Of a stretch of 64,000 bases of DNA, positions 13,301 to 27,173 are shown piece after piece. Source of the stretch: Takakia lepidozioides (taxonomy: Eukaryota; Plantae; Bryophyta); the NCBI GenBank assembly GCA_030704615.1, contig CM060732.1:24800001-24864000 (forward strand), in the 5' to 3' direction. Made by a program: the position numbers and the translations under genes. Every line of letters starts with the position of its first letter. The first letter of the stretch is position 1. The notes below the pieces were generated by a model. That model saw only the letters and a program-made list of their open reading frames with translations. It was not told the DNA's origin and ran no database searches.

Positions 13301-16002
13301 TACTGCTATGTTACAAATGTGATAGGATTTTCGGATCTGCTAGCTAAGGGCATGTTACTGTAGGTAGTAAGGTTGTGTAAAGGCTGTGTAATGATTGTGT
13401 CTGAATTCATTTCCATGGTTCTTTGTCTGGCTGGGAATTCCATGTTCCAGAGAGTTGATTTCCTGGTTGATGGTGTCTCTCCCATGGCTGAATTTATTTG
13501 TTGTTCTTCTCTCTGTTGTCTCTCTCACACACCCTCTGTGAAGTGGGTTGCTGAGTGATGTGTCATGGGCTTGTGGCAGGTACCAATTTGTTCCACAACT
13601 GCTGTTCCTCAACTCTTTGTTTGGATATTTGTCGGTGCTTATAGTCTTAAAGTGGGTCCAAGGAAGCCAGTCAGATCTATACCATGTGATGATCTACATG
13701 TTCTTGAGCCCTTTGGATGATCTTGGGGAAAATCAGCTCTTCAGGGGTCAGAAATATGTCCAGGTATGATATATGAGGGAATACTTCTAGCCTGAAAGAG
13801 TCAAATGTGCATGAACAAGAAGGGGACCCCCAGCAGCTATTGGTCACAGTCCCTTAGGTCATTAACACTAAATTCTTATTCAAATCATCCTTCTTACTCT
13901 GGTCATCTTATTCTATCTGTCACCTGAAGTAGAGAACTGGGTTATCAACCTGTTCTTTTCTTCATTAACCCTTGGTAAATCAGCTGCTTTGAGTCTGATA
14001 GTACTAAGATGGGTGAGATCCCAACCTTGTGGATGGTCTCCCCATTTTGGAGTCCCACTGCCACATTAAACACCCTTGATCTGATTTGATGGTAAATTGT
14101 AAGCCTTGTGCGAGGCTCTTACTTTTGAAAGCTTGTAAGAGCAATGCCAAACACCACAATATGAGGAAAAAGAATTGACCGTAACAGGCTCTCTTCCCAA
14201 ATCAGTGTTCTAATCACGTGTTCACAGTGGGTACTTCTTGTAATATCTTCAATATGAATGATGGGTGTGGGAAGTTCCTGTGATGCGGGCCTCAATTGCT
14301 GTTTTTGTTCTCAGGTAGTATTGCTGGTGATAGCGTTGGTTGCAGTGCCATGGATGCTTCTTCCAAAACCCTTTGCAATGCGGAAACAGCACCTACAGGT
14401 GAGGCTTTAAATATTATTGTGAGTACCTATCAGATAAATTGAACATCATATATAATGAAAGCTCACAGACAGATGAAGGCTCACAGGTTTTGACCTCATC
14501 TGGCAGCATCATTTGCGTTTGCTTTGTGCATAGAAAGGTCACTTCATTTGCAACTGTGGTGTGTGAGAAACACAGAAAATTCAAGGGCGTGCGTATGGGA
14601 GGTTGGGAGGATCTGACAATGAATCAACTGATTTAGACCATGAGGAAGAGCATGAGGAGGAGTTTGAGTTCAGTGAAGTTCTTGTGCATCAAATGATTCA
14701 TACCATTGAGTTTGTTCTGGGTGCTGTTTCCAACACCGCCTCATATTTACGTTTGTGGGCTCTCAGGTATGAGGTTTCCGTCAGGTTGTATGTGTAACCC
14801 TAGTCTAGTGTAGGGGTTTTGTTTGTCACAAGCTAGTTGTTCTGATGAAGCTTCTCAGGTTTTTGTGTGGCATTGAGAGGCTGCATTGGGTCACTGAGGA
14901 GAATACATTGACAAAAGCAACACAGATTTTGAAACCATGGGTCAACTATATGAGGAATCGGGTCTCTTACAGGATATTTAAGTTTTGGATAGTGAGCAGA
15001 CAAGTTTGAGACTCCAGTTTTTGATCCTGAGTGAATGTTACCAGTTTTTCAGACCATATAAGGTTAGTGTTGTTATTGACTTACTGTTATGTGTTTGCAG
15101 TTTGGCACATGCACAACTGTCGGCAGTGTTCTATGAGAGGGTTCTCTTACTCGCATGGGGGTGAGTCACACGTGCATTGCTCTGGGCTTGGGCTTCTTTC
15201 TCCTTTGGGCTTCTCTATTGTCACAAGATTGTTCATCTCAGGAGTAGCTTCTTTACTTTCGAGTGTACAGTCCCTGCCTGATGTCAACCCTCCTCTGGAG
15301 CCAGGGTAAGGTATCTCAACTGGAATTCGCCATAGCACTTCCACAACCAGACGACAATCTCAATGGAGAGTTGATGTTTGGGTTTTGTACAGGCATCCCT
15401 GTAGAAACAGTGCTGATTTGCTCTATCCCTTTCTGACCCACTTGTGATGCTTGCCCCTTAGTCCCAGTGCCTGAGAAGAGGAGAGAGATGATTCCACCCG
15501 GTACAGTACCTTGTGATCAGGAACTGTAAATATACCCTTGAGAGGCAGGATGTCTGCATCCCACTGAGACTGAACCCAAAAGCTGCAAAGTTTTCCCCCC
15601 ATAAGGTTTCACAGATTTGAGTGGTCTTGGTGTGCCGGACATGATAGCAAAGGGCATGAGGTGGATTCCAGCAGCGCCACCCTTTTGTAGCTCCTAATCC
15701 GACATAAAGGCGAGGCATGTTGCCAGGATGGCAATGCAAGAGAGTGAGAAGTTTGTTGTGCTTTGTTAAGTTTGATCTATGGTGTGTTTGTCAGGTATTC
15801 AAATCCCATTATCAAGCTCATTGGGTTGGTGGTGTTTCTCATTGTAACTACTGGAGTATTGCTCGTCATGGAGACACTAAGTGCATTTCTGCATGCATTG
15901 CGTCTTCACTGGGTTGAATTTCAAAACAAGTTCTATCAGGGAGATGGCTATAAGTTCCACCCATTTTCTTTCAAAACTCTGGAGGAAGATGAAGATATGT
16001 AG
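7304..16002 (+). CDS. VHA-a: V-type proton ATPase subunit a (V0 ~100 kDa subunit), about 18 exons
   Basis: Exon 1 is [41 protein letters not shown] (7304-7426). Later exons include [133 protein letters not shown] and [30 protein letters not shown]...EEDEDM* (stop 16000-16002). Confidence 0.96.
8030..8205 (+). repeat. Short dispersed repeat (SINE-like), copy 1, in VHA-a intron 1
   Basis: acaagtacctctgtg...gggaaaataagc...ggagggttagtttcc...ggctatggcaagccaa aligns with the reverse complement of 20417-20597. Confidence 0.7.
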
Positions 16003-17629
16003 TCGCATCATTATATTGCAAATTTGTAGATTTACATGTCATGCTTATTCTTCAAGTAAGCTGTGATTGTAACAAACAAGTCAATAAAGTTGATCAGTAT
16101 TGTGAGACTGCAAGCTTTGTGCAACATTGCTTTTAGGAGGATCCTAATAGTCATTATGTGAGGGATCATGAGGGCCACAAGGATGATACGCACGCACAAA
16201 GCTTTACTTGCTTGCCACAAGATTGATAGGATGTTCTCATTGTTTTTCCAGAACTGTGAACAAGATTGTCAGGTCTCAAGTTATCGAAATAACAGCTCAT
16301 TCTGGTAATTCTACCTCCTCTATGTTGGGAAGTTGTATCATCGCATTTAGAGGGAAGATTGCAAAGTGGAGAGCAAGGTGAGAGAGATTGGGGGGAAAAG
16401 ATGAGAGTCAGGGAAAAGACCTCTCCAGAAGCTGAAGCAGGATGTTATGTGATCATGAATGCCCAGAAGGGTGCTATGCACTCAATGATTCAGAGAGTCA
16501 CAGCCGCACTTCAGAGATTGTTACGCAAGGCACTAAAACGAGTCGCCTTAGCAGACAACTTGGCCAGGATCAGCTGCAATGCTAGAGGAGATGCTGAAAA
16601 CACTTAATTTTGGGAACGTGCACAACGAGGACAGGCACTGAACACCGAAGCCATCACAGAGGTATCAACTTGTGTGAGGGAGAAGGAAAACGGCAAGGAT
16701 GGACAGGGAGGAAGAGGGTGGGAAGCGAAAAACTGCCCAACGCTATCTAAAGTGTTAAGCTGCTGTAAATGTTAGGTGAATTATACACCCACGACAGTAA
16801 CAAATTATCCAAATTAGATTCTACTGTTGGGATGACCAACAGATCTTTTGGTCCAGGTGCCTTGTGCAGTTTGGAACTCTCATCTCTTTTGGTTCATTCT
16901 AGTAAAAAATTCAATGCTTTTGTATTCCTTCCCTGTCCTTTAAAGTTTGAATTCATGCATGTCAGATGTGTTTTCTGCTGGTGACGCTGGTGATCACAAC
17001 TCTTGCAGCTACGCTCACACCACAGCCCTACCAGTTCAGTACTGTTTCCTGTTACCATCTCTACAACCACATCCTGTCATTCCAGGCGGAATCGAAGATC
17101 CTCATGGTAAAAGTGAATGGGGAGTACATTGATATATAATTTCAGTACTTCAAAAAAGTGATGATATTTCATGGATCTGATACAAGGAAAGTGGTCCATT
17201 ATCCGATCAATCGTGATCTGGTGGAATTTCACATATGAACTTATTTCGTGCCAACTACATGATAAACAGTTACAATAAAGATAGTGGGTGCATGTATTCT
17301 GCTGTAATTCCTGCTTATTCACACACAACCTGCAGTAGTGACATGCTGTTCCCACTCAGCATCAATGTATTAGCTATGAAAAGTTACAGCTAAGGAAAAC
17401 TCAGAAAGGTGAGGTTTAGCCATGGTAATCTCTCCAATAAAGGTACTTCTGTATTCTCGGCAGTGGCAAAAGCCAATTTTATTTGACTGATATGACCCCA
17501 ACAAACCTCAGCAATTCCCTTAAAAACATGTACAACTAAAACCTGCACATAATTACTAAACTACTCTAGTGACTGTATTCCATTAAAAGATTAATCACAT
17601 GAGGCTTGCCAAAGATAATCCAGCACTCA

Positions 17630-20600
17630 CTACTCAATCTTAAACCATGAACCAGATGGCAGCCTGGTAGTCCCATCTGTTACCTCTTGTTCAGTGCCCC
17701 CGGTCCTTTCTCTCTCCTGACTCTCAGAGGCAAGCTCTGTGATAGACTTACTAGAAGTTGATTTTGGATCATCAATCGGCTGCATCCCTGTGGGTCTTTC
17801 AGGCCCTCCTTCAGCAGTAAAGGCCTTCTGTAAGTCACCAAAAGAAACTGTCGCTGAGCCTCTTCGTTTGGCTCGCTGCTGTGATGTATCTGGACTCCAG
17901 CCTGCCATATATATCACCTGGGAGACAGGGAGACGGTAAGCACTGTTACCGGTCTCACAAGAATGTCAGGAGAGCTCATTTTAAGAAGATAACTCATAAC
18001 ACAGTCAAAAAGCACCTATGGAATCCCTGACAATGACTGAGCTCCCAATGGACATCTACTCAAGAGAATCCCATCCTGGGCATTTTACCTGAAATGTGGC
18101 AGGAATAGTGCCATCTGCTTCTCCAAACATTGACTGATACACTGATGCAGCTGCCAGAGCTGTATCCCTTCTTAAGGTCTGCCATACAGTGCCCTCAAGT
18201 ATCAGCAACCATGTGGACGAGAAAGAATCAGAAAGACTGACAGAAAAACTTCTCCACAGGCTTTGCTTAACCTTGTTGAAGGTTAAACCTCTCCAGGTAG
18301 TAAGAGCAGGAAAGTAAAAAAAGAGAACGAAAGAAGTGAGAGATGAAGAGGGATGTATAAAATGCAGTAGGACAGGCACCCAAAAAGCACCTGATAGCAT
18401 GAGCACAGCAAAAGCTGAACAAGCTTAAACCTTCCAAATAGACTAATGCTAACTGCATTAACAACAGATTTTACATATATCCAATGTTGCAATAGTTGTG
18501 TCAGCGTATGAGCAGAACTGTGACTCAGGGGTGCTAGATTAAAGAGACCAGCCCTAGATATTTTTTAGCCCTTAAGGCTTACAATACAGTCAATTCCTTA
18601 GGGATGCAGGGCACTTTCAACTTAGCGAGTAGTCCTGATTCCATTTGCTCAGGGAACCTGTCACCAGATGGACTTTCTTCCTGCAGTCTTGGGAAGGTGA
18701 TCAGTTTACCTAGTGATGCCCTTGTAGTGAGTTGACTGCATAGCGTGAGCTCCAAGATGAGCAGGTTTGGGCCAGGAGCCCCTAATGTGTCCATGGTGCC
18801 CTAAACAGTGGGTAACAAAGAAAAATGATGTAGGTTGAATTATACCAAACTCCTCTGACGAACAGCGTTGACTTCCCCCATGGCCCGCAAGTGCTCAATC
18901 AACTCAATTGCTGCACAGAAGTCAATACAGGCTCTGACGTTGCTATGCAAAGGCCCCAAGACTAGTACAACCCTCACAGAGACGGTTCAGGATCTTACAT
19001 AATTTCTCTCATCCAGCACAGTCTTTACCCTCCAGGCATGCCTTACAGTGTGACCGGCAGGACAGGTAGCAATAGATTAGCAATGGGGTAACAAACTACA
19101 TACCACCAAGCAGCATGGACATTACACCTTGACTGGTATCATACCATGAGTACAATTTTATAAATATTGTATACATCGCTATCTCTGTCCCACTTCCCTA
19201 ATTCCGCTGACACTCTACATTACTGTCTTTAAATTTGTTCCAGAATGCCTATGTCTGGCAGCACACAGATACTGAAGCATAGATATGCCAAAGCAAAGTG
19301 ACAGTCTGTGCTGGCTTGTATAACGCAAGACATAACAAATGGCCTGCTTCTCCAACAATCCAAATCAATTAGAGTTACTTGGTATCGCACCACTGGGATA
19401 TCGCACAGTGTACTCGTCCACATCAACTGTAGGCAGTGCAAGACCTGCTCTTGTCAACAGGTTCCCAGCATCTCGTACCTGTTCATCACCCACAATGAAC
19501 ATACTTTTGACAATTGTCACTTGTAAATAACCTATTATCAACCCCTTGTTTCTCTCCCCTATCAGCTTATGTGTGTGTGTCCTCATCCCTACACCAAAAT
19601 GAAGAGACTCACCTGAGCCAGAGGCGAGATGCGAGGACTCACACCACCTTCACGCTCCAACTGTGCCACTGTGCATGCTATTCTCAGTTCCCTGAAACCC
19701 CCCCAGAGAAAGAGACAGAAGCAGTCTCAATAAGGGCAACATGGAAGAGCCTCATATCCAAATACATCTACCAGAGGAGCGCAAGATTTTCCCTCTGCAA
19801 CACAAATTGAATACTCTTGCATGAGCGTGCACACCCTTTTCAAATGCAGTGCAACTGGCAGTGGAAGAAATCAAGAGAAAAGGTCCAACCTCACAGTTTC
19901 GCCTCCAAACATGGCTGCCAGAAACAGTCCATCAGGCTTCAGTGCCATCCTGCACTGCATAGCACTTATGACCATGGTTAATTCTTTTCTGCATTTGTAT
20001 CCAATGATAACCCCTAAAAGTTGATACACAAAATGGTAGAGGATACATGCAAGGACCAGCACACAAGTCCTATAGGATGGATAATCCTGAGGAGGGCTTG
20101 CTCTGCCTTCAGGTCTTCTGAGGTATGTGATAGCAAGACCATGCCACAACATCAAAGGTAAATCACCTGCATAACTTGACCCCACGCTACAAAGATCTAG
20201 AGTCCACGAGAATGCAACCGACAAATTCCCTCACTGCCTGAATAATCAAAACAGGGCTGATGGACTATCTCGAGCATCTGTCATTGAAGTGTACCTGCGA
20301 CATTGCACCTGGAAGATCATTGACCCAGTGAAGGCCCAAAGAGCTGATCACCACATCCAGTGAACTGCTCCCTCCATATGCAAGCCACCCACATTCAAAA
20401 ATAAAATGTACTCATGCCATTCCCTGCGAACATTGGCTTGCCATAGCCTTACGGCCAGTGACCCCGCGGGAAACTAACCCTCCTGGAGCCTTTTGTGGGG
20501 TTCACACCCACTAGGGTTTAGCTTCCCGCAGCTCAGTTGCAGGTATAAACTTATTTTCCCACAACTGCCATTAAGGCACTCACAGAGGCACTTGTCCACG

Positions 20601-22117
20601 TGCAAACTCAACAGCCCAGTCGCCCGGTTATTGATTTCTGTTTTAGAGCCATGCTTTTACCACAGAAATGACATGCCTGGGGAAGGTTTCTGCCCATCAC
20701 TCTGGGTTGTGTGCAGGGCAAAAGAATAAACTCGGCATGCAAGTGACCAGAATCTCTGAGCACAGTAAGGTATTTCCATCATGAAAAGAGAGTGGAAAGA
20801 ATGCTCAGGTCCTACACATTATTGGAAGAGATCCAAGGGATATAACCCCTCCCCCCCACTTCGAGGACAATCCCAGTTTCGAACTGCCATAAACCCAACA
20901 GTATCCATTTAACAAATTGAGTTTAGTGGCAACGTGACTGAAGATAACAGCACTTTGGGGCTAAGGAAGAGAGAGAGGCAGAGATGATGCTCACCCCTGT
21001 TTGAATGGTAAATACTCCTCATCTCCAATTACGTGCATATTCTCCAGCCTTGTGATGCCAGGTGGCCCACCTTTTATATCCTCCAAAGCTGCCAACTTCA
21101 TAGACCTTTTTATCATGTCATCTGAAGTGTCTAGCGATATCAACTTCTCTATCCCACCTGCATCAAGGTCCACACGAAGCAAGTTGTTTAGAGCTCCTGT
21201 TTTACAGCTAGCAACATTCACAGGAGATGCGTGAGTGCATGAACAGGATCACTAAGGGGAATGCCAAAGGACCATATTGTGTAGGTTCCAAACACCCATT
21301 TGCAACTCGGCCAGCCCACCTTATAATTTCAACAGTAGGCCATTGACATGCATGAAGAACCGACTTAACACTCTCTACATGGATTTCTCAGTTTACCGCG
21401 TCCTTGAAGCAAGCGGCGCACATGGTCAAAGGCCCCTCCCAGATTCAATGCTGTTGGGAACTTTCGCTTACAATCCTGCCACAAATCAACGTCTTGTTAC
21501 TTGCGCAACTCCGGAAGATGGCAGGAGCAAGTAAGAAAAGACACCAAAATTCGTGTATGCAAACACTTGGCATGTGCAATTTACTGACCTGAAACAGAAT
21601 CTTCCCCAACAAAGTCGTGAATGGGATGGAGGCTACTTACTTGAAGTCGGTCAAGTAGGTTTTCAGTCACTGTGTTGAGAATGGGATCATTTGCCTCCAT
21701 AAGCCACGCTGCCCTGTCCCTCTGATTTGTTTGAAACCCTGTCAGCCACAACTCACTCTCTCTCTCTCTCCGCCCAAACTGGGCGCGCAGTCTATGACCA
21801 CAAGGCTAAGGCAAACAACCTCGTATGAGTATATCCCCTCTCTTCCACAAGCTGTGACTAGATAATTCCATAAAAACTCCAAATTCGTGTGAAGAGCAAC
21901 TTTCAGGCAGAGTTTCTGACTGCCAGAAGACCTGCTTGCTCTTGAGTGCCCGGTCAAAAATGTCGACGTTGCGGTCACCCATCTCATCACCTCTGCCCAA
22001 GCTCTCACTCGCAAGCGAAGAATAACTGGGTGCAGAAGCCCGTAGAAATCCTCCATTACCTCCGGCTCCGTGCACCCATCTCACAGCCGTCCAATTGCAG
22101 AGACCCTTTGACCACAT
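17630..22117 (-). CDS. NDUFAF5: Mitochondrial complex I assembly methyltransferase/arginine hydroxylase, NDUFAF5-like (At1g22800-type), multi-exon
   Basis: Exons give [137 protein letters not shown] and [25 protein letters not shown]. Probable ATG at 22117, followed by a transit-peptide-like N-terminus. Confidence 0.9.
20417..20597 (-). repeat. Short dispersed repeat (SINE-like), copy 2, in an NDUFAF5 intron
   Basis: Reverse-complement match to 8030-8205. Confidence 0.7.
21775..21832 (+). mobile_element. Very short LINE 3'-tail copy in NDUFAF5 intron 1
   Basis: caaactgggcgcgcagtctatgaccacaaggctaaggcaaacaacctcgtatgagta matches 3736-3790. Confidence 0.55.
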
Positions 22118-22529
22118 GCTGTCAGAAAAACTCTTGAGAGCATCAAAGCAAAACCCAACTACGAGTTGCAATCAGCCATCAATATACAAGTCAAGTCCTC
22201 AGAGAACTGGAGAGATGCGGTGTGGGAGATGTGGAATTCCAAGTACTTTTGGTCGCTGGAAATTCACGAAATACAAAGTGGGCATTCGTGGGACAATGGT
22301 TGGAGCCTCAACAGGAGAGATATCAAGGGAAAGGTCTCCGGTTCAAATCTGGTTGTAGGCTCTCTGGAAAAACAATTGATTAGATAGGGGACATAGATGA
22401 CACTGGACACTTGGGCCAATGGCACAGGCTACCCTATTGTGCCTTAAATTTTACTTTTTACATACCGAACTCAGTTATTAAAATGAATACGGTATGCAAT
22501 TTTGTATTAGCTTGAGTTCATGAAACACA

Positions 22530-23800
22530 CACATCAAGCTTTATTGTAGTCATATTTCTTCGTTTATTGCATGTTTTGGGCATCAAATTAGGTTGCTTAG
22601 TATCGTGAACTCTTTTTGTTCGCACATGATACTTAAAGTCCTCAAGCACTGCAACCAATGGCGTTGACAACATTTCGATATTACCAAAAACTTCACTATT
22701 TGTATTCGTGACTATCCCTGTCAACTTTTATGATTATTACAAATTATCCTAGCTTTACCTCAAAAAACAACAAAAAATACAAAACACATATTATGCTCTT
22801 GGTGTAACATGCAATTCTCAATCTTCCATTGTACTCACTACTGAATACTACATATCAGTAGATGACACACAGATTATAAATTCTTCTAGCAATGACGAGT
22901 GTCTTTGCAAATATAAATTTATTTCCCAGTGGCAAATTTACATTCCGGCTACTAGATTTTATACAACTTGAGGATTTCACACTCATTTTGAAGCCTTTCC
23001 AATGTGAATCTTTTAACAGCCTATCAAACACAACCTCTTTGTTGCAGTCGGATTTCAGTCAGATTTCTCCACTTATTGCATGTCTTGGGCATCAAAGGAA
23101 GTTGCTTTGGATGCACTTACCAGTCTAGTGTTGTATTTCCAGATTATGACTTCAAAGAAGCAGCACACCGTCAAGCATAAAGAGATTCCAAGTATCGTGA
23201 ATTTATTTTACTTGTAAATAATACTTAAAGTCTTCATGCAGCTACAAATTCACTATTACCAAGAATCTCACTCTTTACATTCGTGACTCTCCTTATCAAT
23301 TATGACCGTTACAAATTATCCCAGCTTTACTTAGAAAACAACAACAAACACAAAACATAGATGCATTCGGTACAACATGCAGTTCACAATATTCAGTTGT
23401 GTTCACTACTACATATTACGGATATATCAGTAAATGACACACGGGCTATAAATTCTTCTGGCAATGGCGAGTGTCTCTACCAACACAATTTTATTTCATG
23501 GTGACAAATTTACATGCCGGCTACTAGGTACTACATATCCCAATGATTTCACGGTCATTTTGAAGCCTTCCAAATTTGAATCTTTTAACAGCCTACCAAA
23601 TGTAACATCTTTGTTGTAGTGAGATTTTTCTATTTATTGCATGTTTTGGGTATCAAATCAAGTTGCTTTGGATGCACTCAACAGTTCGGTGCTATATTTT
23701 GAGATCATGGCTTCAGAGAATCAGTACGACATCAAGTACAAATGGATTTCAAATATTATGAACTATTTTTGTTTGCACATAATATCTGAAGCTTTTAAGC
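22530..23800. repeat. Degenerate AT-rich tandem repeat, about 2.3 units of ~0.5-0.56 kb
   Basis: The anchor ttattgcatgtYttgggYatcaaa...gttgctt occurs at ~22564, ~23073 and ~23634. Internal blocks such as gaatcttttaacagcct and tataaattcttct are duplicated. Confidence 0.7.
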
Positions 23801-23804
23801 TGCA

Positions 23805-25461
23805 GCGCCCGAGAATCACCCATCAGTGGCACATTCTCCAAGATGTATGCTGGAGATACAGCTTGATGAAGCTGCAAGTGGCGCAAAATCCGCACCATTT
23901 CCCAAATCATACCCGTCCTCGAGTCTCGCAATCCATTGTCATGCCCGGCTGATGAATGCCCTTGGCAGGGTCAACCTGCTACTACCAGATCAATGGAGCC
24001 AACCCGCTCCAAATCTTGCGTCCCCAACAACGAAATGTCTGCTGACAAGGCTTGTTGGTATCCACGAACTGCAGACACTGGCAACAAATCAGAGTACTGC
24101 TGTACCAACTGAGCAACATGGCACAGTGAGACGCGTCGTGCAGTCTCATCCCTCTCCACATACAGGTAACGTCGAACTCGTACACCTGCCTGCAATACTG
24201 CAGCCAATCCAGTGCTGATCCCGCCAAACAAGTCCAGAAGGCATATGCCTTCATCCGGGCACTGCCACACAAGAGGTGTGGTGTCCAATGGCGACAACTG
24301 AGGTGGTCCTGGTGCAATCACCGCACTCTCCTCTTCTCCTGACGGTACGAAGGCCTCTACCCAGGCTTGTTCTACCCGTCCATCAGCAGCCTGCTGCAAA
24401 TCCTTGCTCGTACCCCATAATGGGGTGTGAGCAACCATGGCAGACAACTCCGCCGTACCATGCATGTCATCCTGCTCTGCTGGAGGTGGCACATCCTCTG
24501 CATGGGCATTGCCTTCCAGCAACTCTCCAGGCCAACTAACTGCAGCTATAAAGGCGGCTAGTGTTGGCATCTTGCCCCGCTGGGCAGCCGCAATACCCCC
24601 AATGAATGTCACAGGGAGTTGTGCACGACCATCCCCTGACTGCCATCCAGGCCTGTAGGATGCTGACTCCTCCCAAAAGTCCAGGGTGAAGCCCATGGGA
24701 TATAACACTGCCCCACCAACAAGGACATCGTAAGAGACCGCGTCTGTCACAATGGCCTTGGCTCGCATCACTGAGCCATCTACATGATGATCTGGTTGTA
24801 GTCCAATGGCCAACTCACGTCGTGTTATGCCCCGAGCCTACTCTGATCCTCCCAGAGATGTCTGTATCTGGAAAGGACAAAGCTCCATATCCGCCTCCAT
24901 GAGGCCCAAACCTGCAATAGCAGCTCTGCCCAACATCAGTGGCTGAGCTCCTGAGTCCAACAAGACCCGCAGTGGCCGGTACTTCTTGCCTGTCGGTCCA
25001 CTCAAAGTGAAAATGTCTCTCTGGTTGTTTAACAAGACAACTCCGGGTGTCACCATGGCGCGCTCAAAGGCTGGCCTAGCTGGCAGCTCCGTCAAATTGA
25101 CAGCTGCAGCTTGCCATGGCGCAGCCGTGGCAGTCTTGACCCTCAAATCCGAGGATCCCTCTGCCACTATACCTTCCAGTAACTCCGCAAAAGATGAAGT
25201 GACCTCCCCACTCTCGCAGAGTGTTGCTGCTAGTCTGAACACTGCAGCTGGTCTTACCCCCGGCGTCGCAATCATGGTTGCCGAGAACAGTGGGGCTTGA
25301 CACACAGAGGTGGCTGCCCCCAATAACACACCGGTTGCACTAGCCTTGAGAACTAGGTACCATGGATGGCGTCGACACTGTCTCCGCCAATGTGAATGAC
25401 TGAGGAAGCCTCGCCTGACGGCTTGCCTCCCCACGTTGTGGATCCAATTCCACCTCTTCAC
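23805..25461 (-). pseudogene. Truncated pol: aspartic protease plus N-terminal C5 DNA methyltransferase (copy 1)
   Basis: ORFs 24838-25461, 23971-24813 and 23749-23931 are collinear with the full copy. DSG protease motif, FGG motif I, PCQ motif IV (after a TGG>TGA stop) and ENV motif VI are present. Confidence 0.88.
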
Positions 25462-25469
25462 CTCGTGGC

Positions 25470-27173
25470 TCAGGAACTTGTGTTGCTCCTCGAGTCACGG
25501 TTGCAGCAGACTCCACCTTCACTAGTGGTAGTCTTGCCCCGCACATAGTGGTAGTGGTAGTGTTGCCCGGCACTAGTGGTAGTGGTAGTGGCACCCCTTA
25601 CTAGTGGTAGTGTTGCCCCGCACATGAATCCCATGTCTCCTATGTCTCCTCCCTCCGGAGCAGGAGGTGGACCATCCGGCCTTGGAGCCGATACCACCTG
25701 AGCTGTGGCCATGGCAACGAGCCTCTGCTCTAGCTGCTGAAGCCGGTTGGCCATGCCTTGGTCACCACCCTGACCTCCACGTCCTTGGCCATGTTGAGCT
25801 TGCCCTTGGCCTGCACCTCGTGCCTGACCACCTCGTCCTCTCTGGGCTGCTCCACCTCGCCCCCGGCCACCATTGTTCCCTTGGAACTGGCCTGGGCGCA
25901 ACTCAGGATGCAAGTCATAACACTGGGCATCTCCATGCCCATACTTGCCACAATGCCCACACTGCAACTGTACAGGCTGTGCTTGTGCCGGCCTTCTGCC
26001 ACTCTCTGGGCAATCTCTCTTGACATGGGGTCCTCCACATGTCCAACATATCACCCCTGGTTGTTGTTGGCCTGCAAAAGATGCCACGGGCCTCTGCACC
26101 TGAGGTCCCCTGTAAGCTCCATGGAACTTGGGTTGGGAAACCTTGCCCCCCTGACCACGTTGTTGGGCAGTCCCTTGTGCCTGTGGGCTAGCAGCTACGC
26201 CTCGTGCAGGCATGTCCTTGCCAAATCCAATGGTAACAACTCGCTCCTCCACCATATTGAGCTCAATCCGCTCAGCCAGCAGAAACACATCCGCTAATGT
26301 GGGTTGGGCCGCTTGTAACAGGGTTGCATCCCGCACCCTTCTCCTGAGCTCCTTGTCCAAAATTCCATACCAGAACTGGACTGCCTGAGCTTCAATAACC
26401 CCTTGGGTCACACTTATCAAGCGCCTCATACGAGTGTAGGTCTCTCGCAAGCTCTCACTGGATTTGCGCTGGAAGTCTTGCAAACTTCGCAGCTTCTCTG
26501 TCCGTATTCCTTGGTAGTTCCTCCGCAACTCCTGGAAGAACTCCACCACTGGGTTGAATCTAGGCACATGTGTTGTAGTCATGGCAGGAGGAGTAGTAAC
26601 ACCTTTTGAACTGGTACCACCTGCAGAAGTGCCGACACTACTTGTTCCACTACTAGTGCTTGTAGTTGGAGATGTTTGTGTAGCTACTGGTGTCACTGCT
26701 GCCCTTGTGCCTCTAGTGATTGAGACATAGTTAGGTGACCAATACTCTCGCCACTCCTCAATCTCCACCGCATGTCCCCGCCTAAATTCATGGTAATCAT
26801 CCATGGGCGGCCCCTCAAGGTGCTGGAATAGCCCCTTCCACGCCATAAAGGGCGTAAACAGTTGTGGATTGCACATTTGCTGCAAATCACACCAACTGTC
26901 AAACTCTTGTATAAAGTCATCAAGCTCGATGGTGCCCACAGCTCCAGAGTACCTATGTAGCCTCTTGGTAGCTCCATACATCTCCTCCATCGTGTCCCAC
27001 AACAATGGCACGGAAATGACTTGCACCCTCGGCGAGAATCCTCCTGACTCCGAGTCTGAACCTTCCTCAGAAGACACTGAAGGTGAAAGTGGCCTAAACC
27101 GCACACCTTGTCTTGTGTACCCACTAGTATCACTGGTGCTTGTACCAGCACTCCCCTCAGCAGCTGGTGGCAC
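25470..27173 (-). pseudogene. Retrotransposon gag with two zinc knuckles (copy 1)
   Basis: 567-aa ORF with CWTCGGPHVKRDC and CGHCGKYGHGDAQC and an RG-rich tract. It is shifted out of frame with pol by a local GTGGTA-rich duplication at ~25520-25620. Confidence 0.85.

Noticed and set aside
16359-17237. Small spliced gene between VHA-a and NDUFAF5
   Set aside because: Exon-like pieces (16359-16661, 16966-17106) can be joined, but there is an in-frame stop, the last intron would be only 39 nt, and I recognise no homology.
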